In this document: one piece after another, positions 25,227-32,000 of the stretch
How the letters are laid out: each line of letters begins with the position of its first letter
How positions within the stretch are numbered: position 1 is the stretch's first letter
NCBI GenBank assembly: GCA_963704705.1
Contig: OY969931.1
Span: 810,001 to 842,000 of the forward strand
Reading direction: 5' to 3'
Source of the DNA: an uncultured bacterium
GTDB lineage: Bacteria > Patescibacteriota > Gracilibacteria > UBA1369 > PNNO01
DNA: 32,000 nucleotides
Translations under genes and position numbers: made by a program
Notes under the pieces: model-generated
What the model was told of the DNA's origin: nothing
What the model saw: only the letters and a program-made list of their open reading frames with translations
Database searches by the model: none

Positions 25227-26315
25227 ATGAAAAGTTTCTACGTTCACTTAAAAAAGAAAGTCGATGATTCTTATGACATCTGTTTTAAAACAGATTATCT
25301 TAAACGTTTGGCAGTTGATTTAAAAAAACAAAAGTGGGGCGTAAAGTACGCATTAATTTGTGATTCAAAAGTTCGTAAATTATACGGAGATGACTTAGCG
25401 AAAAAGTTAAAAGCAGCAGGTGTGGAAGTTGAAGTCTTCAGTTTTATGCATGGTGAAAAAAACAAGACTTTACGAACTGCTGAGCGCTTACTTAGCGGCC
25501 TTTCTAAAAGTGGATTTTACAGAGATGATGCCGTGATTGCTTTGGGCGGCGGTGTAACCGGAGATTTGGCTTCATTTGTTGCTTCAATTTATATGCGAGG
25601 AATTCCATACATTCAAATTCCAACAACTGTTCTTTCAATGGTGGATTCTTCTGTTGGCGGAAAAACAGGTGTTGATACAAATTTTGGAAAGAATCTGGTT
25701 GGAACTTTTTATCAGCCAAAAAAAGTTTATATAAATATAGATTTTTTAAAAACTCTTCCAAAACGACAAATTTTAAATGGAATTGCTGAAGCCATAAAGT
25801 ACGGCGTGATAGCTGATAAAAAAATACTTAAGCTACTTGGCAGAAAACATAAAGAAATTATGAACCTAAAACCGCGCACAATTGAAAACCTGATTTCGCG
25901 CTGCATTAAAGTTAAAGCACGTATTGTTGAAATGGATGAAAAAGAAGATGATTTTAGAAAAATCTTAAATTACGGACACACTTTTGGTCATGCAATTGAA
26001 AAAATCTCTAACTTCACTGTTCAGCACGGCGAAGCTGTTGCAATTGGAATGTCCATAATCAATACAATCGGTGTAAATTTAAAATGGCTTAAGAAAAAGC
26101 ACGCGGACCTTATAAAAAGGATTATAAAACTATACGAACTTCCTTATAAATATCCTAAACTGAACGCCAAAAAATTAATGGAAGCAATGAAGCTGGATAA
26201 AAAAGTCAAAGACGGCAAAATTTTATATATTGTTCCATACAGAATCGGCAAAGTTCTGTTAACTGAAAAAATTTCCAAAAGAGATATAATCAAAGCATGC
26301 AAAAAGCACTCATAA
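25227..26315 (+). CDS. aroB: 3-dehydroquinate synthase
   Basis: Start likely at the internal ATG 25227 (MKSFYVHLKKKVDDSYDICF..); 'VIALGGGVTGDLASFVASIYMRGIPYIQIPTTVLSMVDSSVGGKTGVD', 'ILNYGHTFGHAIE'. Confidence 0.96.
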   Translation: MKSFYVHLKKKVDDSYDICFKTDYLKRLAVDLKKQKWGVKYALICDSKVRKLYGDDLAKKLKAAGVEVEVFSFMHGEKNKTLRTAERLLSGLSKSGFYRDDAVIALGGGVTGDLASFVASIYMRGIPYIQIPTTVLSMVDSSVGGKTGVDTNFGKNLVGTFYQPKKVYINIDFLKTLPKRQILNGIAEAIKYGVIADKKILKLLGRKHKEIMNLKPRTIENLISRCIKVKARIVEMDEKEDDFRKILNYGHTFGHAIEKISNFTVQHGEAVAIGMSIINTIGVNLKWLKKKHADLIKRIIKLYELPYKYPKLNAKKLMEAMKLDKKVKDGKILYIVPYRIGKVLLTEKISKRDIIKACKKHS

Positions 26316-28045
26316 CTCCTTCAAAACTTCAGGCCGGCGCTATTGTAAATGTGCCAGGGTCCAAAAGCTACACAAACAGGGCTTTGGTTCTTGCGGCTTT
26401 GGCTGAAGGCAAAAGTGTGCTTCACAATCCCCTTTTTAGCGATGATACAAAGGTTGCAATTAAGGCATTAGGCGAACTCGGAGTGCGTATAGAACGCAAA
26501 GGTGATGACTTAACGGTATACGGACGAGGCGGCGAATTTGATGAACCCCGCGAAACTTTATTTTTAGGAAATGCCGGCACAGCAGTGCGATTTTTCACAG
26601 CGTTATTGTGTGTGACCGGATTCAAATCCAAAATCACAGGAAATAAACGAATGCAGGAGCGCCCTCTTCGCGACTTAATTTCAGCACTTCACGACCTTGG
26701 CGCAAAACTCGAAAGCATCAACAAAAACGGATGCCCTCCAATCAAAATCAGCGGCAATGGAATAAAAGGCGGCACAGTTGAACTTAGCGGCAAAATCAGC
26801 AGCCAATATTTATCAGCGCTTTTAATGATCGCGCCCTACGCAGAGTCAGACGTTGAAATAATAATTAGCGACGAACTAGTCTCAAAGCCATACATCGATA
26901 TGACTTTACAGATAATGAAAGACTTTGGGATACAGATAAAGAACAAGGACTATTCGCGGTTTGTGATTGCGAGCGGCCAGCGCTATAAGGCGTGCGACTA
27001 CCAAGTTGAGGGCGACGCTTCGTCAGCTTCGTACTTTTACGCTCTTGAAAAACTACACGACGTTAAACTTGATATACAAAACATAAACCCTGATTCGCTA
27101 CAGGCGGATATGGGGTTTTTGGACTTGCTTAGCAAGAGGACTTTGCTTAGCAAGCTCGACTTGAATCACATGCCCGACGCTGCAATGACCGTTGCGATTT
27201 TAGCTGCTTTCACAAAAGGGAAAACGCAGCTCACAAATATCGCAAACTTAAGACATAAAGAGACCGACCGCATAAAAGCACTTGTTACTGAACTTAAAAA
27301 AGTGGGCTGTGACGCTAAAGAACTTAAAGACGGAATTGAGATAAATGGTGATCCTGAAAAACTAAAAGGGCCTGCGCTTATTAAAACCTACGACGATCAT
27401 CGCATGGCAATGTGTTTTGCTGTACTCGCCAGCAAAATTCCTGATGTTCAAATCCTTGACCCTGATTGTACCTCAAAAACATATCCACAATTTTTTGAAG
27501 ATCTTGCAAAAACAGGAATAAAAGTTGAAAAACGCAAAATCCCGAATATTTATTTAACTGGTATGCGTGGCTCAGGAAAATCAGCGATCGGCAAAGAACT
27601 GGCTAAAACCCTGAAATTTGATTTTGTTGATTCAGATAAGGAAATCGAGCGACAGGAAAAATCAAAAATCGCTAAAATTGTTAAAGAAAAATCATGGTTT
27701 TATTTCAGGAAAAAAGAAAAATATGTCATAAGAAAGCTAGCTCGCTTAACCAACACCGTGATTGCAACCGGCGGAGGCGTGATTTTAGATAAAGAAAACG
27801 TAAGCACGCTTAAAAAGTCAGGCAAAATTGTTGTACTAACTGCGCCTATCGAGATTTTAGAAGCCCGAATTAAAAACGACACCAACCGCCCTCCCCTAAC
27901 AAATCAAAAAACTTTAAAAAAAGAATTAGAAGAACTTTGGGCTAAGCGCAAAGAAAAATACGAGAATTCTGCTGACTTTGAATTTGATTCATCGGGCGAT
28001 TTAAGCTTAAATGAAAAAGCACAGCAAATAATCCAAATGCTATGA
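26297..28045 (+). CDS. aroA-aroK: Fused EPSP synthase (AroA) - shikimate kinase (AroK)
   Basis: 582 aa; N-terminal 'VPGSKSYTNRALVLAALAEG', 'FLGNAGTAVRFFTALL', 'MPDAAMTVAILA', 'YDDHRMAMCFAV'; C-terminal 'IYLTGMRGSGKSAIGKELAKTLKFDFVDSDKEIERQ', 'VIATGGGVI', 'NRPPLT'. Confidence 0.95.
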   Translation: MQKALITPSKLQAGAIVNVPGSKSYTNRALVLAALAEGKSVLHNPLFSDDTKVAIKALGELGVRIERKGDDLTVYGRGGEFDEPRETLFLGNAGTAVRFFTALLCVTGFKSKITGNKRMQERPLRDLISALHDLGAKLESINKNGCPPIKISGNGIKGGTVELSGKISSQYLSALLMIAPYAESDVEIIISDELVSKPYIDMTLQIMKDFGIQIKNKDYSRFVIASGQRYKACDYQVEGDASSASYFYALEKLHDVKLDIQNINPDSLQADMGFLDLLSKRTLLSKLDLNHMPDAAMTVAILAAFTKGKTQLTNIANLRHKETDRIKALVTELKKVGCDAKELKDGIEINGDPEKLKGPALIKTYDDHRMAMCFAVLASKIPDVQILDPDCTSKTYPQFFEDLAKTGIKVEKRKIPNIYLTGMRGSGKSAIGKELAKTLKFDFVDSDKEIERQEKSKIAKIVKEKSWFYFRKKEKYVIRKLARLTNTVIATGGGVILDKENVSTLKKSGKIVVLTAPIEILEARIKNDTNRPPLTNQKTLKKELEELWAKRKEKYENSADFEFDSSGDLSLNEKAQQIIQML

Positions 28046-28308
28046 GCGAAGAAATCAAAGAACTTTTAGAAAAAAACAACGCGCTATTGGAAGAACTCGT
28101 GAAATTTCAGCGAAAAGAACACCGCGCGCAGACATGGCGCTGGGTTTTGCAGTTATTAATTCAACTATTACCTTTTATAATTCTTGTACTTCTAGGTTGG
28201 TGGATGTTCAATTTGATTAACGATAACATCCATGCACTTCAGGCAAATGTTGATGCGCTCAAAGAAGGCTTTGCGAATGCGTGGGATAATGTGACATTCT
28301 GGGATTAA
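28042..28308 (+). CDS. Small membrane protein, coupled to aroA-aroK
   Basis: 88 aa with one strong TM segment (WVLQLLIQLLPFIILVLLGWWMF); ATG overlaps the preceding stop. Confidence 0.6.
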   Translation: MSEEIKELLEKNNALLEELVKFQRKEHRAQTWRWVLQLLIQLLPFIILVLLGWWMFNLINDNIHALQANVDALKEGFANAWDNVTFWD

Positions 28309-28332
28309 TCGCGATACAAAAATGAATTTGCG

Positions 28333-28383
28333 GAAAAGGGGGAACGAATCGAAACGACTTGTTGTCGTTGATCGCACCCCCTT
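28333..28383 (-). terminator. Strong bulged terminator hairpin downstream of the Cys-rich gene
   Basis: Minus strand AAGGGGG..CGATC-AACGAC-aacaa-GTCGTT-TCGATTCGTTCCCCCTTTT. Confidence 0.6.
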
Positions 28384-28410
28384 GTTCCCTTGTCTTCAGT
28401 GGTTCACCTC

Positions 28411-29250
28411 CTAGCGTTTTTCGAGCTTGCAGCTCGCGCTGCAGCCGTCGCCGTTAACCTCGTTGCCGTCGTCGCACTGCTCTCCGGTCTGCAGGATGCC
28501 GTCTCCGCAGTACTCGTGCTGGCAATAGGAATTGCAACCGTCGTTGTCCAAGTTGTTGCCGTCGTCGCACTGCTCGCCGAGGGATGCTTGAATGACGAAG
28601 TCGCCGCAAAATAAATTGCTCTCTTTGGCGAACTCTAATAGATGAATGAAATATCTATAGAGCTTCAAAACGGTCAACTTTGCATCAGAGAGCATCCATT
28701 TGCACTCCTTACAGTACTCACTGTTCTCGTCGCACTCCTCGCCCGGATCCACGACACCATTGCCGCAGAACTCCCGACGACATATGGGGGAACAGCCATC
28801 GCCTTTCTTGTCGTTGCCGTCATCGCACTCTTCGCCCGAATCCACGACACCATTGCCGCAGATTTCCCGGCGACACATGGGTGAACAGCCGTCACCAGCG
28901 AAACGATTACCATCCCAGCACTGCTCACCGTGAGAAATAAACACATCACCATCAAAGTCTTTAGACGGCCTAGGCAGGACATCATTTGGACCAGTAAGAG
29001 CGCAATATGCAGGGTTGCGCAGTTTGGGATGCTTTTTGAAAAAAGCCTCTCTCAACTCTTGATAGTTTTTTTCATCCTCCTCTTCTCTTTGTTGATTGAT
29101 CCTGTTCCTGATAGACTCCCCGAAGTTTGGGGGATCAGGCATTCCGCTTACTCTCATGCTCCATGACATGTGATCGTTAGTCATAGAGTTTCCACAGGAA
29201 ACGCTGGTGACCAACATACACACGAACAAGATATACTCAAACGTCGACAT
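28411..29250 (-). CDS. Exported, possibly lipoprotein, with Myxococcus-type Cys-rich repeats (DUF4215/TIGR02232-like)
   Basis: '[22 protein letters not shown]' signal/lipobox-like; repeats '[31 protein letters not shown]', '[12 protein letters not shown]', '[23 protein letters not shown]', '[27 protein letters not shown]'. Confidence 0.85.
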   Translation of the reverse strand: MSTFEYILFVCMLVTSVSCGNSMTNDHMSWSMRVSGMPDPPNFGESIRNRINQQREEEDEKNYQELREAFFKKHPKLRNPAYCALTGPNDVLPRPSKDFDGDVFISHGEQCWDGNRFAGDGCSPMCRREICGNGVVDSGEECDDGNDKKGDGCSPICRREFCGNGVVDPGEECDENSEYCKECKWMLSDAKLTVLKLYRYFIHLLEFAKESNLFCGDFVIQASLGEQCDDGNNLDNDGCNSYCQHEYCGDGILQTGEQCDDGNEVNGDGCSASCKLEKR

Positions 29251-29295
29251 AATACACCTCCGGCGCATTGCGCCATCTGTTGGGTTGAACCATTA

Positions 29296-29329
29296 AAGCT
29301 GACAAGGGACAAATCCCTGTCAGCCTTTC
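29296..29329. terminator. Terminator-like hairpin in the 5' leader of the Cys-rich gene
   Basis: AAAGCTGACAAGGGACAAATCCCTGTCAGCCTTT, near-perfect inverted arms. Confidence 0.5.
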
Positions 29330-29414
29330 ATACAAATATGTAAAAAGGCCGTACAGGCACTTGTTATTGCCAGCTTAATTTAAGCCAAATTGACAAAGGG
29401 CATAATGAACTATA

Positions 29415-29443
29415 TTTATATCATTTTATACCCTTTTTGTCAA
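29415..29443 (-). promoter_or_regulatory. Consensus-like sigma70 promoter driving the Cys-rich gene
   Basis: Minus strand TTGACA (29443-29438), 17-nt spacer, TATAAA (29420-29415). Confidence 0.6.
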
Positions 29444-29467
29444 GCTATCTTATAAGTACATTCGTTC

Positions 29468-30667
29468 TCATAGTTTTATTCGTATTAAAGAGTTGATTGG
29501 AACGTTTTTATCAAATTTGAATGTGCGTTCCCCTGCTCCTCCATGTGCAGAATCAAGGCTCTCACCTTTTTCATCAAAAATATCTTCAATTTTTACTTCG
29601 AATGTTTCGGTTGGAGTGAAAACTTCAACTTTATCGCCTTTTTTAATTCGATTTCGAACTTCAACAAGCCCTTTGTGATCTCTCACAACCCCGATAAATT
29701 TATGACTCTGTTTTGGTTCGTTTTTTTCATAATGGATATCTTCGTTTGTGAAAGTTCCTTTTAAAAAGCCGGGTGAATATCCACGGTTAGCTGTTTTTAG
29801 AAGTTCTGTCATTAAATTTGGATCATACGGCTGGCCCTTAACCATCGCATCAATCGCCCTTCGGTAAACATTAGTAACTGTTGATAGATAGTAGATTGAT
29901 TTGCTTCTGCCTTCAACTTTAAATCCAACAACTCCGGCATCGACAAGTTCGCGAAGATATGGAAGTGCACAAATATCGCGAGAATTAAACAAATAAGTTC
30001 CGTGCTCGTCTTCTTCAATCGGCATAAATTCACCGGGACGCTTTTCTTCTTCAAGATAAGCCGTGTATTTCCAACGGCAACTTTGTGCGCAAATTCCCTG
30101 ATTGGCATCACGATTGGTCATGTATTGTGACATAAGGCATCTTCCTGAATAAGCAACACAAATTGCACCATGAACAAATGCTTCAAGTTCCATTTCCGGT
30201 ACTTTTTCATGGATTTCTTTGATTTCGTTAAGGCTGAGCTCTCGCGGCAAAACAACTCGTTTTGCTCCAAGCTTATGCCAGAACTCAACGTCTTTATAGT
30301 TAACTGAATTCGCCTGCACAGAAATATGAATTTTCGCATCGTGATACTCCTCTTTAATCAAACTAAACACACCGGGATTCGCAACAATAAGTGCATCGGG
30401 CTTAATCTCACTTAAATATTTAATGTGCTGCCTGAACACATCAATTTTTGAATTATGAGGATAAATGTTTACTGTAACATAAACTTTTTTTCCCAGTTTA
30501 TGCGCTTTATCGATCGACTCTTTTAACTTTTCCTTATCAAATTCATTAACGCGGCTTCGCATACTAAAACCGGTTAGGCCCATATACACGACATCAGCAC
30601 CATATTCGAAAGCAAAATCCATTTTTTCCGGAGATCCCCCCGGTACGATTAATTCTGGTTTTAACAT
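29468..30667 (-). CDS. U32 family peptidase (YhbU/TrhP-like)
   Basis: 399 aa; 'ELIVPGGSPEKMDFAFEYGADVVYMG', 'EAFVHGAICVAYSGRCLMSQYMTNRDANQGICAQSCRWKY' (U32 signature). Confidence 0.95.
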   Translation of the reverse strand: MLKPELIVPGGSPEKMDFAFEYGADVVYMGLTGFSMRSRVNEFDKEKLKESIDKAHKLGKKVYVTVNIYPHNSKIDVFRQHIKYLSEIKPDALIVANPGVFSLIKEEYHDAKIHISVQANSVNYKDVEFWHKLGAKRVVLPRELSLNEIKEIHEKVPEMELEAFVHGAICVAYSGRCLMSQYMTNRDANQGICAQSCRWKYTAYLEEEKRPGEFMPIEEDEHGTYLFNSRDICALPYLRELVDAGVVGFKVEGRSKSIYYLSTVTNVYRRAIDAMVKGQPYDPNLMTELLKTANRGYSPGFLKGTFTNEDIHYEKNEPKQSHKFIGVVRDHKGLVEVRNRIKKGDKVEVFTPTETFEVKIEDIFDEKGESLDSAHGGAGERTFKFDKNVPINSLIRIKL

Positions 30668-30862
30668 CTAATTCCAAGTTAAATGCGGAGGTAACTTTAG
30701 CAGAAAACCTTTAAACTGACAAATTTCGATCACGGGATCGGCATTGCAAAGTCAGAAAAATTTCACAAGCAAGCCAAAAAACAAAGCTATAAATAACCTC
30801 CGAAAACAACTAATATGTCAACTTTTTAGCAATTCACCTCTTTTTGTGCTATTAAATTAAAT

Positions 30863-32000
30863 ATGAAACATTTCGACTTTATTGTTATCGGTTCGGGAAT
30901 CTCCGGACTCAACTTCTCGCTTAGTGCTTCCAAAAAAGGCAAAGTTTTAATTGTTACAAAAAAGAAAATTATTGAAGGAGCAACAAACTATGCACAGGGC
31001 GGAATCGCTGCGGTTCTCGACCAACTCGACAACTTCCAAAAACACATAAACGATACATTAAAAGCCGGCGCATATCACAACAACAAAAAAGCGGTCGAAT
31101 ATATGGTTACAAACGGACCAAAAGAAATCCAAAAACTTCAAAATATAGGAGTGAATTTCGCTGAAAATCGCACACACAAACTCGAACTGGCCAAAGAAGG
31201 CGGCCACTCTCACAGACGCATAGCCTTTGTTGGCGACAGAACCGGCCACTCAATCGAAAAATCGCTCATAAAAGCCGTGCGCTCAAATCCGAATATCGAA
31301 ATCTGGGAGGATACTTTTGCTGTGGACCTACTCGGTAAGCCGCCCTTACTCGGTAAGACCTGCTATGGCATAACCATCCTAAAAAAAGGCAAACTCCATA
31401 ACATTTACGCGTCTGCGGTAATACTGGCTACGGGCGGGCTTGGACAAATCTATAAATACACAACAAATCCAAAAATTTCAACTGGTGATGGAATTGGAAT
31501 GGCGGCTAGAGCTGGCGCAAAAATGCAGGATCTCGAATTTATTCAGTTTCATCCAACAGCATTAAATGTACCTAGAAAAAACAAATTTCTGCTTTCTGAA
31601 GCGCTACGTGGAGAAGGCGCAAAACTTCTAAACCATAAAGGCGAAAGATTTATAGACGAACTCAAACCCCGTGATATAGTTGCGCGCGCAATTTACCAAG
31701 AATTAAAGTCAGGTCCGGTTTATCTTGATATTTCGCATAAACCCGCAAACGAAATACGCAAAAGATTCCCGCATATTTACAAAGAACTTAAAAAACGCGG
31801 ATTCGATTTAACCCGCCAAAAGATCCCTATATCCCCTGCTGCCCATTATTCTTGCGGCGGTGTAAAAGTTAACCTTAAAGGAGAAACGTCTATTAAAAAT
31901 CTTTATGCCTTCGGTGAAGTTGCTTGTACCGGTGTGCATGGGGCAAACAGACTCGCAAGCAACTCGTTGCTCGAAGCGGTTGTTTTCAGTGAAGTTATAA
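30863..32000 (+). CDS. nadB: L-aspartate oxidase, 5' part, truncated by the window end
   Basis: Open to the edge from ATG 30863: MKHFDFIVIGSGISGLNFSLSASKKGKVLIVTKKKIIEGATNYAQGGIAAVLD...; later 'FIQFHPTALNV', 'HMYPCG'-equivalent 'AAHYSCGGVKV'. Missing from the ORF track because it has no stop in the window. Confidence 0.93.
   Translation, partial: MKHFDFIVIGSGISGLNFSLSASKKGKVLIVTKKKIIEGATNYAQGGIAAVLDQLDNFQKHINDTLKAGAYHNNKKAVEYMVTNGPKEIQKLQNIGVNFAENRTHKLELAKEGGHSHRRIAFVGDRTGHSIEKSLIKAVRSNPNIEIWEDTFAVDLLGKPPLLGKTCYGITILKKGKLHNIYASAVILATGGLGQIYKYTTNPKISTGDGIGMAARAGAKMQDLEFIQFHPTALNVPRKNKFLLSEALRGEGAKLLNHKGERFIDELKPRDIVARAIYQELKSGPVYLDISHKPANEIRKRFPHIYKELKKRGFDLTRQKIPISPAAHYSCGGVKVNLKGETSIKNLYAFGEVACTGVHGANRLASNSLLEAVVFSEVI

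Noticed and set aside
24501-28377. Antisense ORFs in the aro operon (24607-24861, 25504-25761, 26422-26637, 27700-27885, 28192-28377) and the alternate-frame plus ORF 24501-24689
   Set aside because: Overlap conserved aro genes or their 3' neighbour and show no recognisable domain.
28390-28985. Four plus-strand ORFs (28390-28614, 28642-28884, 28680-28940, 28700-28933) with repeated RRT/PRRH-like sequence
   Set aside because: They are antisense shadows of the Cys-rich repeat gene; repetitiveness comes from the coding repeats on the other strand.
30725-30750. 'tttcgatcacgggatcggc' resembling 'ttcgataccgggatcggg' at 10719-10734 as a further repeat-family member
   Set aside because: The shared stretch is too short and lacks the accompanying conserved block; could be chance.

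Overview
This 32 kb AT-rich window reads like part of a small-genome bacterium. I infer a Candidate Phyla Radiation lineage, possibly Peregrinibacteria, but cannot confirm that from sequence alone. Left end (1-11.4 kb): accessory and partly decayed. It holds a truncated gene resembling a restriction/modification N-terminus, a frameshifted gene, an HsdR C-terminal fragment, a doubly frameshifted membrane-protein gene, a PD-(D/E)XK/DUF5655-like protein, an SseB-like protein, a HigBA-type toxin-antitoxin pair with a palindromic operator, a papain/NlpC-like candidate, a candidate Tat-type signal plus HExxH metalloprotease, an SLH-domain surface protein, a higA-like remnant and a duplicated 70-aa gene. 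The intergenic gaps in this part share GC-rich 'cgcttcgctcc / gctcgctgcggctc' sequences and CCCGGG-centred palindromes. Middle (11.4-24.1 kb): surface glycan genes (O-antigen ligase-like, several glycosyltransferases, Wzm/Wzt-type ABC transporter) interspersed with radA, tatD, tRNA-Lys(CTT) and a secreted protein with five Cys-containing repeats. Right (24.2-32 kb): aroF-aroB-aroA::aroK with a fused EPSP synthase-shikimate kinase, a compositionally distinct Myxococcus-type Cys-rich repeat lipoprotein-like gene with an elaborate upstream region, a U32 peptidase, and the 5' part of nadB. Most notable: an orphan CIRCE element overlapping a consensus-like promoter ahead of a 37-aa basic protein; the intergenic repeat/palindrome family; the five-repeat Cys protein; and the aroA-aroK fusion. 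I found no CRISPR array and no complete known multi-gene defence system.
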